From Oligoflexia bacterium (GTDB taxonomy: Bacteria > Bdellovibrionota > UBA1018): a DNA stretch of 32,345 bases. Location of the stretch: the NCBI GenBank assembly GCA_025352185.1, contig JANXTV010000250.1, forward strand, positions 1-32,345. Direction: 5' to 3'. Under the pieces are notes generated by a model. The model made no database searches. It saw nothing but the letters and a program-made list of their open reading frames with translations, and was not told where the DNA came from. The position numbers and the translations under genes were made by a program. Below are positions 1 through 8,660 of this stretch, piece after piece (the stretch's first letter is position 1; every line of letters begins with the position of its first letter).

Positions 1-838
1 CGGTTTCGACGCCAATCGCGCGGATAATCTTTACCGACTGGTCGCGGAGGTTTTGGTACTCGCGGTCCGTAAGAGTCTGTGCGGGAGCGACCGTGATTGA
101 ATCCCCGGTATGGACCCCCATCGGATCAAAGTTTTCGATCGAGCAAACGATGATCACATTATCCCGTTTATCCCGCACGACTTCGAGTTCGAATTCTTTC
201 CACCCGAGGAGAGACTCTTCGATCAGGCAATCCTTCGTGGGCGAGAGAAAAAGGGCTCGCTCGAGTTTCGTGAGAAACTCTTCTTCCGTATCGGCCGTCC
301 CGCCACCCTCGCCACCGAGGGTGAACGACGGACGAAGGATGAGCGGGAGCCCGAGTTCCTTCACGATTTTTTTTCCGTCCTCTAACGATCGGGCGACGAT
401 CGACTTCGCGCTATCGACACCGATCGCGGTCATGATCGATTTAAAAGTTTCGCGGTCTTCCGCCTTATGAATCGCTTCGGGCGTTGCTCCGAGGAGTTCG
501 ACGCCGTATTTTTTTAGGACGCCCGCTTTATGCAGCGCCATCGTAAGGTTCAGTGCCGTCTGTCCGCCCATCGTCGGGAGGAGTGCATCGGGCCGTTCTT
601 TTTCGATGATGCGTTCGAGGAAGTCGGGAGTGAGCGGCTCGACGTAAACTCGGTCGGACAGTTCCGGATCCGTCATAATCGTCGCCGGATTCGAATTTAC
701 GAGAATAACTTCGTAACCTTCTTCCTTTAAAGCCTTCAGCGCTTGGGTGCCGGAATAATCGAATTCACAGGCTTGGCCGATGACGATCGGTCCGCTACCG
801 ATGACGAGGATCTTTTTTATATCGAGGCGTTTAGGCAT
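1..838 (-). CDS. carB: carbamoyl-phosphate synthase large subunit, N-terminal part (continues beyond left edge)
   Basis: Minus-strand frame is open from the ATG (cat at 836-838) to the window edge, so it is absent from the ORF track. My translation starts [70 protein letters not shown]..., the canonical CarB ATP-grasp N-terminus. Confidence 0.9.
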   Translation of the reverse strand, partial: MPKRLDIKKILVIGSGPIVIGQACEFDYSGTQALKALKEEGYEVILVNSNPATIMTDPELSDRVYVEPLTPDFLERIIEKERPDALLPTMGGQTALNLTMALHKAGVLKKYGVELLGATPEAIHKAEDRETFKSIMTAIGVDSAKSIVARSLEDGKKIVKELGLPLILRPSFTLGGEGGGTADTEEEFLTKLERALFLSPTKDCLIEESLLGWKEFELEVVRDKRDNVIIVCSIENFDPMGVHTGDSITVAPAQTLTDREYQNLRDQSVKIIRAIGVET

Positions 839-841
839 CTT

Positions 842-1417
842 TCAAAACTCCGTTTTAAACAGGATCTCGACGGGTCGGTCGGGATGAGCAGCGTTATAAC
901 TGATAATGGCTTGTTGCAAATGGGCTTCGTTCGATCGTAAGTGCGAATATCCGAAGATCACGCCTCCGACGGCGATTCCGATTCCGCCGAGCTGCAGGAC
1001 TTTCGAAACGTCCTTTCGCGCGGTCGCCCGGCTTTCGTCGATAAACAGATTTGTGAGGAGACCGCTGGTGAGTGCGAGGACGAGTCCAGCCGATCCGGTA
1101 TAGGCAGCAAATTTAATCGAATTTCGCCCGGCTTGGTAGGCATCGAGTTCTTCCAGCGCCGTCGGGGTCGATTCAAAGATACTGCGGAGGCTCTCGCCAT
1201 CCCGGCGGAGGGCCGAGTCGCACGGGAGGGTTCGTCCGCGGTAAGTCACGAGGCGATCGCACCGAAACGGGTTCTCCGGAACCTTCCGGGCTAACGCGGT
1301 CGGAGGCGCCATCGGTGCGCTGGGAGCGGCGGGGGAGGGGTTGGCAGATGCCGCCATGGCCACGTTCATGGATACGAAAGTCCATGCTAGAAAAAGGAAG
1401 AACCGGAGGCCTGGCAT
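842..1417 (-). CDS. hypothetical exported/membrane protein
   Basis: Track ORF 842..1597 trimmed to the internal ATG at 1417. The product then starts with a signal-like MPGLRFFLFLAWTFVSMNVAMAAS. Two later hydrophobic helices (AGLVLALTSGLLTNLF, LGGIGIAVGGVIFGY). Stop lies 3 nt before the carB ATG. No family recognised. Confidence 0.5.
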   Translation of the reverse strand: MPGLRFFLFLAWTFVSMNVAMAASANPSPAAPSAPMAPPTALARKVPENPFRCDRLVTYRGRTLPCDSALRRDGESLRSIFESTPTALEELDAYQAGRNSIKFAAYTGSAGLVLALTSGLLTNLFIDESRATARKDVSKVLQLGGIGIAVGGVIFGYSHLRSNEAHLQQAIISYNAAHPDRPVEILFKTEF

Positions 1418-1458
1418 TGAGAAATTCGATAGCGTTAAATGGCGGGAAAGACAAGAAG

Positions 1459-2415
1459 ATGCAGAGCGTAAAGCTCCCGCTCGGAATCTTTCTCGATCCG
1501 CTATTTGAAAAGTACCATCGCCCGGAATTCCTCTCCTCGGATCCGCTCGAATTCGTCCACCGTTTTTCCGATCCGTGGGATCAGGAAGCGGTCGCATTAT
1601 TCTCGGCCGTACTCGCCTACGGGAATGTAACGCAAATTCGAAAATCCGTAGCGGGCCTCCTCGAGCGAATCGAAAAACTCGGATTGACTCCTTCGGCGAT
1701 GATTCGGGGTCTTGCCCACGGCCCCGGGCGCGAGGCCTGGAAGGCGGCGACCCGATCCTTCGTCCACCGCTTTAATGTCGGGGCGGATTTTTACTTATTT
1801 TCTCGGCTGATCGAGCGGAGCTGGACGAAATACGGTTCGGTGGGCGCCCACGTCTGCGCTTATCTATCCCCCGAAGACGAGGATTTCGGGCTCGCGCTCT
1901 CCCGGGTGTTCATCGACTGGGCGGAATGGAAAAATCAGTGTGCTCGCGAGGGGGACGCGGTCGAAAAATCGTTCGGGTATCTCGTGACCCCTCCCGCTTC
2001 GGGCAGTACGTGTAAACGGTGGTGCATGCTCCTCCGGTGGATGGTTCGGAAGGATAAAATCGATCTCGGACTCTGGGCGGAGGGCAGCCCACTCGTGTCA
2101 AACTCGAAGGGAATTCGCCCCGACCAACTCGTGATGCCGCTCGATACGCATACGGGACGGATTAGCCAATATATCGAGCTCACGCGGAGAAAAAGTCTGA
2201 ATTGGAAAGCCGCCCGAGAAATCACCGATCGCCTCCGGGAATGCGATTCCGAAGACCCCGTTAAATATGATTTTGCGCTCTCGAGGCTTGGAATTTTAGA
2301 CCTTTGCCAGCGCCGCTTTCGAGTGGAAATCTGCGAGACATGTGATCTGTTACGGGTATGCCGCTTCGCTCGGAAAGGGCTCTCCTCGCAGGCCTCTCGC
2401 TCTACGCACTCTTGA
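1459..2415 (+). CDS. DUF2400/TIGR02757-like protein (HhH-GPD / endonuclease III-like features)
   Basis: Track ORF 1315..2415 trimmed to ATG 1459 (MQSVKLPLGIFLDPLFEKYH...). Contains VMPLDTHTGRISQYIELT (HhH-GPD-like DTH block) and a C-terminal Cys cluster CQRRFRVEICETCDLLRVC (C-x8-C-x2-C-x5-C, reminiscent of the EndoIII Fe-S loop). Family name is from memory, not searched. Confidence 0.55.
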   Translation: MQSVKLPLGIFLDPLFEKYHRPEFLSSDPLEFVHRFSDPWDQEAVALFSAVLAYGNVTQIRKSVAGLLERIEKLGLTPSAMIRGLAHGPGREAWKAATRSFVHRFNVGADFYLFSRLIERSWTKYGSVGAHVCAYLSPEDEDFGLALSRVFIDWAEWKNQCAREGDAVEKSFGYLVTPPASGSTCKRWCMLLRWMVRKDKIDLGLWAEGSPLVSNSKGIRPDQLVMPLDTHTGRISQYIELTRRKSLNWKAAREITDRLRECDSEDPVKYDFALSRLGILDLCQRRFRVEICETCDLLRVCRFARKGLSSQASRSTHS

Positions 2416-3587
2416 TCCTCGGTTCCCAAGCCACGATGAGTATCGGCATTGGTATTCTCCTCGCCTTCGCATTCTACGCGTTCGGAGGTCCCCTCCCGTT
2501 TCTGCGCTATCTCCGGGATCAGATTAAGCACCCGGTGCTCCGCCGGTACCTCCTCGCGACGAACTTTCTGACGGCCGCGTGTTTCATTTCTCTCTTTTTC
2601 GCGTGGGCCACGCCGGTCGAACTCGCGGGGGAAACCCCGAAGGTAAAGTTTCTCTCCGATATGTGGAAGGCTTGGTATTTCTACTGGCCGCTCGTCACGG
2701 TTCCGTGTCTGCTCGCACTTTCGGAGAAATCGAAGACGACTCTTTTCCGGATTTTCATCGGCGCGGCGGGCGTCGTGAGCGTTATCGGATGTTTCCAGTA
2801 TTTTTACGGGTGGCCGACTCCCCAGCCGATTCCCGGGACGAACCATTTCCACGTCACGGTTTTCCCAGGTTTTCACCTCTCTTTCGCGTCGATCATGATC
2901 TTCCCCTTTTTTATCGCCCTCTCCGAAATTCTGGACGAACGATGGATTCCCCGCCGGTGGGCGATTCCGATCGCCATCGTCGGACTCGCGGCGATTTTCG
3001 GGACCTTTGCTCGCCAAGTTTGGATCTCGCTACCGATCGGATTATTTGTCTTCGCGCTACTCCGCTTACCGAAACGGGCCGCGATCGTCGCGGCGATTCT
3101 CGGAGTTCTCGGTATCGGCGCGCTTACCCAGGTTCCAGCGGTGCGCGACCGCGCGATGAGCGGGATGGGAATCCAGGACCGCCTCGATCTCTGGCGGATT
3201 AATACTGAGTTCTTTAAAATGCGGCCGCTCACGGGAATCGGGTGGCACCATAATCTGCCGATGGCCGGGGCCTGGTATAAACAGAATCACCCCGAAATTG
3301 TTTCGCCTTTCGTCGGTCACGCCCACAGTAACTTTTTTGAATTCCTCGGCGGGCTCGGACTCATTGGTGTGGCAGCCTATTTCTTTTGGACGTACGTAAC
3401 CCTTCGCCAAGCGCTTCGGGTGGGAGCGGGGTTTTTCGCGGCGTGGATCGTATTCCACCTAAACGGACTCACGCAGGTGAATCTCTGGGAATCGAAAGTA
3501 CTCCATTCGATGATGTGGTCGATGGCGACGATCCTAATGCTTACCATCGCCCCCTTCGCCGTAAAGAACTCGACGGAGTCCCCGTGA
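2358..3587 (+). CDS. O-antigen ligase (Wzy_C/WaaL) family polytopic membrane protein
   Basis: 409-aa protein with many hydrophobic helices, a periplasmic-loop region, and the ...GWHHNLPMAGAWY...GHAHSNFFEFLGGLGLIGVAAYFFW block typical of O-antigen ligase-like proteins. Start uncertain: ATG 2358 overlaps the upstream gene by 58 nt; the alternative is ATG 2436. Confidence 0.7.
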   Translation: MPLRSERALLAGLSLYALLILGSQATMSIGIGILLAFAFYAFGGPLPFLRYLRDQIKHPVLRRYLLATNFLTAACFISLFFAWATPVELAGETPKVKFLSDMWKAWYFYWPLVTVPCLLALSEKSKTTLFRIFIGAAGVVSVIGCFQYFYGWPTPQPIPGTNHFHVTVFPGFHLSFASIMIFPFFIALSEILDERWIPRRWAIPIAIVGLAAIFGTFARQVWISLPIGLFVFALLRLPKRAAIVAAILGVLGIGALTQVPAVRDRAMSGMGIQDRLDLWRINTEFFKMRPLTGIGWHHNLPMAGAWYKQNHPEIVSPFVGHAHSNFFEFLGGLGLIGVAAYFFWTYVTLRQALRVGAGFFAAWIVFHLNGLTQVNLWESKVLHSMMWSMATILMLTIAPFAVKNSTESP

Positions 3588-4669
3588 AGGGACGGAGTAC
3601 TGGCCCCCGGGTCGTTATCGATGGTCGAATGGTAGGCGAAGTTTCCCACGGAATTTCTCGGTATGTTCGCATGATCGCGAAGGGCCTCGCCGATCTCCCG
3701 AGGCTTGACTACGAACCTCTCTTTCTTTGTGCGCCCGGGATGAGTGCGTATTTCTCGGGGTTTGAGACGAAGGAAATGCGAACGCCGTTTCTCGATCCGA
3801 AAGAAATGCTTTCGATTCCGATTGAGCTCTGGAAGGCAAAAGCAAAGCTTTATCATTCGCCGAGTTTCTCGAGTCTACCGACGGCGCCGTGCCCTTGGAT
3901 CGTCACGATCCACGACTTAAATCACCTGACGTACGGCGGTCAGATGGAGCGGATGTATTACGAAACTCTTTTGAAGAGTTTTGCCCAGCGGGCGAAAGCC
4001 GTGCTCACGGTTTCGGAGTTCTCGAAAATAGAAATTGAACGGTGGGACGCGAAAATTCATCCCGAAGTCATTTATAATGCCGTCGATCCGCAGTTTTTAA
4101 AGGAAGGGGGGGCGATCGAACCTACTCTCGAACGATTTGGGCTATCGAGAGATCGCTACTTCCTCTGCTTATCGAACGAAAAACCTCATAAAAATGTTTC
4201 GACACTCGTCCGTGCTTTTTCCACATTCCGCGAGAGCTCGGACGACGCGCGGGGTTTTAAACTCGTACTCACCGTTAAACGTTTCGAGGGAGAACCGGGG
4301 ATCGTATCGCTCGCGGGTTTAAGCGACGCGGATTCTCATTCGCTCCTTCGCGGCGCTCGCGCCCTCGTGTTCCCGTCGGTCTACGAAGGATTCGGACTTC
4401 CTCCCGTCGAAGCTGCCGTAATCGGCGCGCCGCTCATCGTGAGTGATATTCCGGCGCACCGGGAAGCGCTCCGCGATTTAGGGCCTACGGAAGTGCGGTG
4501 GGTCCCGCCGCTATCGGAGGATTCGTGGTGTACGGCCCTGAAAAATTCGGGGAGCGGACGTGCGGTATCCCGCCCGACGCAGGTGAAAATCGCCGAACGG
4601 TATTCTCCCTTTAACCTCGGACGGTCGATAGACCGGGTTTATCGGCGTGTGTTAGGACTTTCATCATGA
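3584..4669 (+). CDS. glycosyltransferase family 4 (GT-B)
   Basis: Same frame as track ORF 3386..4669. Start set to GTG 3584, which overlaps the ligase stop (GTGA). N-terminus RVVIDGRMVGEVSHGISRYV. C-terminal EGFGLPPVEAAVIGAPLIVSDIPAHRE is the E-x7-E GT4 signature. Confidence 0.8.
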   Translation: MKGRSTGPRVVIDGRMVGEVSHGISRYVRMIAKGLADLPRLDYEPLFLCAPGMSAYFSGFETKEMRTPFLDPKEMLSIPIELWKAKAKLYHSPSFSSLPTAPCPWIVTIHDLNHLTYGGQMERMYYETLLKSFAQRAKAVLTVSEFSKIEIERWDAKIHPEVIYNAVDPQFLKEGGAIEPTLERFGLSRDRYFLCLSNEKPHKNVSTLVRAFSTFRESSDDARGFKLVLTVKRFEGEPGIVSLAGLSDADSHSLLRGARALVFPSVYEGFGLPPVEAAVIGAPLIVSDIPAHREALRDLGPTEVRWVPPLSEDSWCTALKNSGSGRAVSRPTQVKIAERYSPFNLGRSIDRVYRRVLGLSS

Positions 4670-5673
4670 CTTCTGGAAAACACGTTCTCATCACTGGCGG
4701 CGCCGGATTTATCGGATCGCACCTCTCGGATCGACTCCTGGCGGAAGGATTCCACGTAACCGCCGTCGATAACTTCGTAACGGGCAGTCGAAAGAACGTC
4801 GAAACCGCCTTAAAGAACCCGAAATTCCGTCTCCTCGAATGGGACGTTTCGAAAAGTATTCCCGAAGAGCGGATCGAGTTTTTAAAACCGCACGGACTTG
4901 CGGGAGTATTTCACTTCGCGTGTCCGGCTAGTCCCGTCGACTTCGATAAAATTCCATTTGAGATTTTAGCGGTCGACTCCTACGGCACTTTTAATACCGT
5001 CGATCTCGCGCTGAAGTATAAAGCACGGTTCGTGATTGCTTCGACTTCGGAAATCTACGGCGATCCGCTGGTTCATCCCCAGCGGGAAGACTATTTCGGA
5101 AATGTGAATACGATCGGGCCCCGCGCCTGTTACGACGAAACGAAACGATTCGGTGAGGCCGTCGTTTCTACGGCCATTCGCGGAGTCGGAAAATGGAATG
5201 GGAAGGCCGATTACGGCCCGTTAAATGGCGGGATCGTCCGAATTTTTAATACCTACGGGCCGCGGATGCGTCCAGACGATGGTCGTGTCGTTCCGGAGCT
5301 CTGCATGCAAGCCTTGAACGGAAATCCTCTCACGATTCACGGTGAAGGGAAGCAAACGCGCTCATTTTGTTACGTAGATGATCTGGTCGACGGGATATTC
5401 CGCTATTTTTGTTCATCCCTTACGGTGCCGACGAATATCGGAAATCCGGTGGAGAGGACGATCCTAGAATTCGCGGAAGAAGTAAAAGTGCTTACGCAGT
5501 CGAGCGTTCCGATTAAGAAACTTCCTGCTCGCGAAGATGATCCCCGTCGCCGATGTCCCGATATTACGCGGGCCCGCACGGAACTCGGTTGGGAACCGAA
5601 GGTAGACCTGCGTGAGGGATTATCCCGTACCGTGGACTATTTCCGGACGTTCGTATCGAAACGGACTCCCTAA
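4666..5673 (+). CDS. UDP-glucuronate decarboxylase-like extended SDR (NAD-dependent epimerase/dehydratase)
   Basis: Rossmann motif ITGGAGFIGSHL, catalytic YDETK (YxxxK), and the RIFNTYGPRM block characteristic of UXS/ArnA-C-type decarboxylases. ATGA overlap with the upstream GT. Confidence 0.85.
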   Translation: MTSGKHVLITGGAGFIGSHLSDRLLAEGFHVTAVDNFVTGSRKNVETALKNPKFRLLEWDVSKSIPEERIEFLKPHGLAGVFHFACPASPVDFDKIPFEILAVDSYGTFNTVDLALKYKARFVIASTSEIYGDPLVHPQREDYFGNVNTIGPRACYDETKRFGEAVVSTAIRGVGKWNGKADYGPLNGGIVRIFNTYGPRMRPDDGRVVPELCMQALNGNPLTIHGEGKQTRSFCYVDDLVDGIFRYFCSSLTVPTNIGNPVERTILEFAEEVKVLTQSSVPIKKLPAREDDPRRRCPDITRARTELGWEPKVDLREGLSRTVDYFRTFVSKRTP

Positions 5674-6785
5674 TGGCTCGAGAAATTCGCGTAGCGATTA
5701 TTCACGATTGGTTGAACGGCATGCGCGGGGGCGAGGCGGTCCTCGAAGCCATTCTCGAGCTTTATCCGCAGGCGGAAATCTTTACGCTCATCTGTGAGCG
5801 GGAAAAGATTTCTAAGTCCATTCTGTCGCATCGGATCCATACCTCGCGCATCCAGAATCTCCCGGGTGGGGTGACGAACTATCGGTATTTCCTTCCGATG
5901 ATGCCGAAGGCGATAGAGGCCTTCGATCTCCGGGGTTTCGATCTCATCATTTCGTCTTCCCACTGCGTAGCGAAGGGAATCCGGAAACCCCAAAGTGCGG
6001 TACACGTTTCCTACGTCCATTCGCCGATGCGCTATATTTGGGACCGGTTCGAAGATTATTTTGGTTCGGGGCGCGCATCATTGCCGGTTCGAATCGCTGC
6101 GAATACCCTCCGGAGTCGCCTCCAGAAGTGGGATCGGCGCACGAGCTCGAAAGAAAATATCGATCTTATTCTTTCGAACTCGAAATTTATCTCGAACCGG
6201 ATTCTTGAATTTTGGGGACGGGATTCCCGGGTCGTTCACCCTTTTGTGGAACTCTCGCGGTTCGGAAAGCCCCGTACCGCGAAAGATTTTTACCTCGTTT
6301 TCGGGGCATTCGCTCCCTATAAGCGGGTCGATCTCGCGATCGAAGCTTTCCGTAAACTCCAGCTCCCGCTCGTCGTGGCCGGGGGAGGGCAGGATCTCGA
6401 GCGGATTAGGGGCCTCGTGAAGGATACACGGATAGATCTCATTGCCGATCCGACGAACTCCCAAGTCGAGAAACTCTACTCCGAGTGTCGCGCGATGGTT
6501 TTTCCAGGAATCGAAGATTTCGGGATTACCCCACTCGAAGCGATGGCCTCCGGCGCACCGGTCGTCGGGATCGATGCCGGTGGGGTGAAGGAAACCGTCA
6601 CCCCGGATACCGGACTTTTTTTTTCCGAGCAGACGGTCGAAAGTCTATCGGCCGCTATCCTTCGCCTCGAGCGCGGCGAAGTTAAAATTTCGGAGGCCGC
6701 ATGTCGCCGCCGGGCCGCTGACTTCTCTCGTACGCGATTTCAGCGTGAATTTCTTGCCGCCGTCGACTCGGTCTTCTCGAAGTAA
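5673..6785 (+). CDS. glycosyltransferase family 4 (GT-B)
   Basis: N-terminus VAIIHDWLNGMRGGE. C-terminal EDFGITPLEAMASGAPVVGIDAGGVKE (E-x7-E). TAATG overlap with the upstream gene. Confidence 0.8.
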   Translation: MAREIRVAIIHDWLNGMRGGEAVLEAILELYPQAEIFTLICEREKISKSILSHRIHTSRIQNLPGGVTNYRYFLPMMPKAIEAFDLRGFDLIISSSHCVAKGIRKPQSAVHVSYVHSPMRYIWDRFEDYFGSGRASLPVRIAANTLRSRLQKWDRRTSSKENIDLILSNSKFISNRILEFWGRDSRVVHPFVELSRFGKPRTAKDFYLVFGAFAPYKRVDLAIEAFRKLQLPLVVAGGGQDLERIRGLVKDTRIDLIADPTNSQVEKLYSECRAMVFPGIEDFGITPLEAMASGAPVVGIDAGGVKETVTPDTGLFFSEQTVESLSAAILRLERGEVKISEAACRRRAADFSRTRFQREFLAAVDSVFSK

Positions 6786-6805
6786 TGCGGTGAGTAATTT
6801 CCTTA

Positions 6806-6824
6806 TTTCCCGTCGGGAGGGAAA
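6806..6824 (+). terminator. weak hairpin after the glycan operon
   Basis: TTTCCC-GTCGGGA-GGGAAA (6-bp stem) located 21 nt after the stop at 6785. Only a short T run follows (gcgggttt). Confidence 0.25.
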
Positions 6825-7079
6825 GCGGGTTTCGGCGCACTCATCCCATTCATTTTTCCAGGGGACTGAAACTGTTACAGATTTTACTCGTCCTCATCCA
6901 GCGTCAGATTTAAACGGATAACCCGATTCGCCCAGGGTCCCCTAAATTCGCGGTGAGCTTCCGGAACGCTTACTTTTTTCCGTTCTCGTTCCGAAAGGTC
7001 CTTAAGGAACAATTTCACAATTTCAGTGTCGAAGGCGGCACGTGCTTTTTTTACGCAAAAAATTTTAAGGGGAACCCAA

Positions 7080-8660
7080 ATGAAACTCTACCGAACTTCA
7101 ATCGTCCTTGCTGCCATTCTAGCGACCTCCGTGTCCTGCTCGAGCCTCGAGTACGGATCAAATTCTACCCGCGCGTTCCGCGAGATTGCCTCGAAGGATC
7201 CGGTAGCGCCGTTCTTCATGCAGGGTTATCCGATCCAGATCGCACCCGGCAGTTATAACTTTAATGCCCTCGACCAGACGAAAGTCGCGGACTACGTCTT
7301 AAAGCAATTCGAAAAAGTTCGTGGCGAAGACCGTGCAATCATCGAAAATGCCATTAAGAGCCTAAACGAAAAGTACGTCGCGATGACGACGCTCGTTTAT
7401 GGAAACGGCGGACTATCCCAGAAATCTGTGAACAGTAGCGCAAATCCCGCGAGTTCCTCGGGGAAGCTGACCGTTCGGGATGTCATGCAGCTCCAGCTCG
7501 ACTTTGATCGGAATCTTTCCCTCTTCGCCAACGATGTCGCAACGATCGACGCCCTCCCGCAAATGCTATCGGCCGTAAGGTACGAACCGAATCTGGCGAC
7601 GGCGGCAGTGGATCAGCTTGCGGGAAATCTCAAGAACGTAAATTTCGAGCAATTTAAAACTTATTATTCCGGTCAGGTCTCGAATTTAAAATCGGCCATC
7701 GACCGAATGGATTTCGGCATCTTACTTCCGTCGGGTGCACCGTTTATGCAGCACGGGCTTTCGGACCTTACGGAATTAAAAAAGCAGAAACTCTTTAGCG
7801 CGAGAGACATTCAAGAGCTTCAACTAAAAGTGGGTCGTCTCCGGGCCGCGATGAATACGGTGAACACCGGAATTGCCCAGACGATGCATCCAGCGATGCT
7901 AAAAATGCTTCGCAACGTGATCACCCAGTTCGGTGAACGGAACCGGTACCGAACCGATGAAAACGATTCCGGTCGTAAACAAGCGATTAAAAATATCGAA
8001 GAGCTTTTCTATGTTCGCTCGGGTCTCCGCGCGAAGTACGGAATTCCTCTCGGCGCGATCAAAGTGAACTATACGATGTACGCTGGAAACGCGGATAAAA
8101 TGCTCAGTACGCTCGTTCTCGACGCGGGAATTGCCCGATCCATCGATGAGCTTACGACGGATCAAAATAATCTCTTTAATGCCCTCGAAGGTCTGAACTA
8201 CCGGAGTGCCCGCGCCCTCTTTAAGCCCGGTCGCACCTTCTTTTCCCGCGTTTCGGGAATCGTGAGCATGTTAAAGGGCCAGTCAAACACGGTCGCGATC
8301 AAGACCGTTCTCCTTCCTTTCCTCCTTCAGGACGTGGCCGAAGAAGTCATGCTCTCGACCTCGGCGGGATGGAACGGAGTCCTCGATGGATATAAAAAAC
8401 GGTATAACACGAAGGATGGCGGAGATTGGGCTGCGGCACGAATGATGTACTTCCCGAAAACCACCGAAAAGACGGGTTCTGCGCAGCAAACGCGGATGGA
8501 CGTCGATTCGATTATCGGACTGAAAAACGTCGCGGACCTTCTCTTCTCCAGCAAACTCGCAGATATCTCTGACGCTCGCGATATCGAGAAACAGCTCGAG
8601 GCGCTCCAGATGGCCGACGCAATCTTCAAGGAAGTCGGAGCTCGGAACGATGACCTGTAA
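7080..8660 (+). CDS. hypothetical exported protein, possible lipoprotein (operon gene 1 of 3)
   Basis: Track ORF 7026..8660 trimmed to ATG 7080, which is preceded by AAGGGG. Signal peptide MKLYRTSIVLAAILATSVSC. The rest looks helix-rich (many LxxL / Q / N repeats). No family recognised. Confidence 0.6.
   Translation: MKLYRTSIVLAAILATSVSCSSLEYGSNSTRAFREIASKDPVAPFFMQGYPIQIAPGSYNFNALDQTKVADYVLKQFEKVRGEDRAIIENAIKSLNEKYVAMTTLVYGNGGLSQKSVNSSANPASSSGKLTVRDVMQLQLDFDRNLSLFANDVATIDALPQMLSAVRYEPNLATAAVDQLAGNLKNVNFEQFKTYYSGQVSNLKSAIDRMDFGILLPSGAPFMQHGLSDLTELKKQKLFSARDIQELQLKVGRLRAAMNTVNTGIAQTMHPAMLKMLRNVITQFGERNRYRTDENDSGRKQAIKNIEELFYVRSGLRAKYGIPLGAIKVNYTMYAGNADKMLSTLVLDAGIARSIDELTTDQNNLFNALEGLNYRSARALFKPGRTFFSRVSGIVSMLKGQSNTVAIKTVLLPFLLQDVAEEVMLSTSAGWNGVLDGYKKRYNTKDGGDWAAARMMYFPKTTEKTGSAQQTRMDVDSIIGLKNVADLLFSSKLADISDARDIEKQLEALQMADAIFKEVGARNDDL

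Noticed and set aside
1935-3017. Long 360-aa minus-strand ORF antisense to the DUF2400 and O-antigen ligase genes
   Set aside because: Arg/Glu/Ser-rich, low-complexity translation with no motifs. It lies entirely opposite two ORFs with clear family features, which is typical of a shadow ORF in GC-biased coding DNA.
6786-7079. Possible tRNA, small RNA or small ORF in the 294-bp gap before the three-gene operon
   Set aside because: No cloverleaf-compatible segments or T-loop (GTTCGAATC-like) motif. The only ORF (6953..7258) is out of frame with, and overlaps, the well-supported start at 7080.
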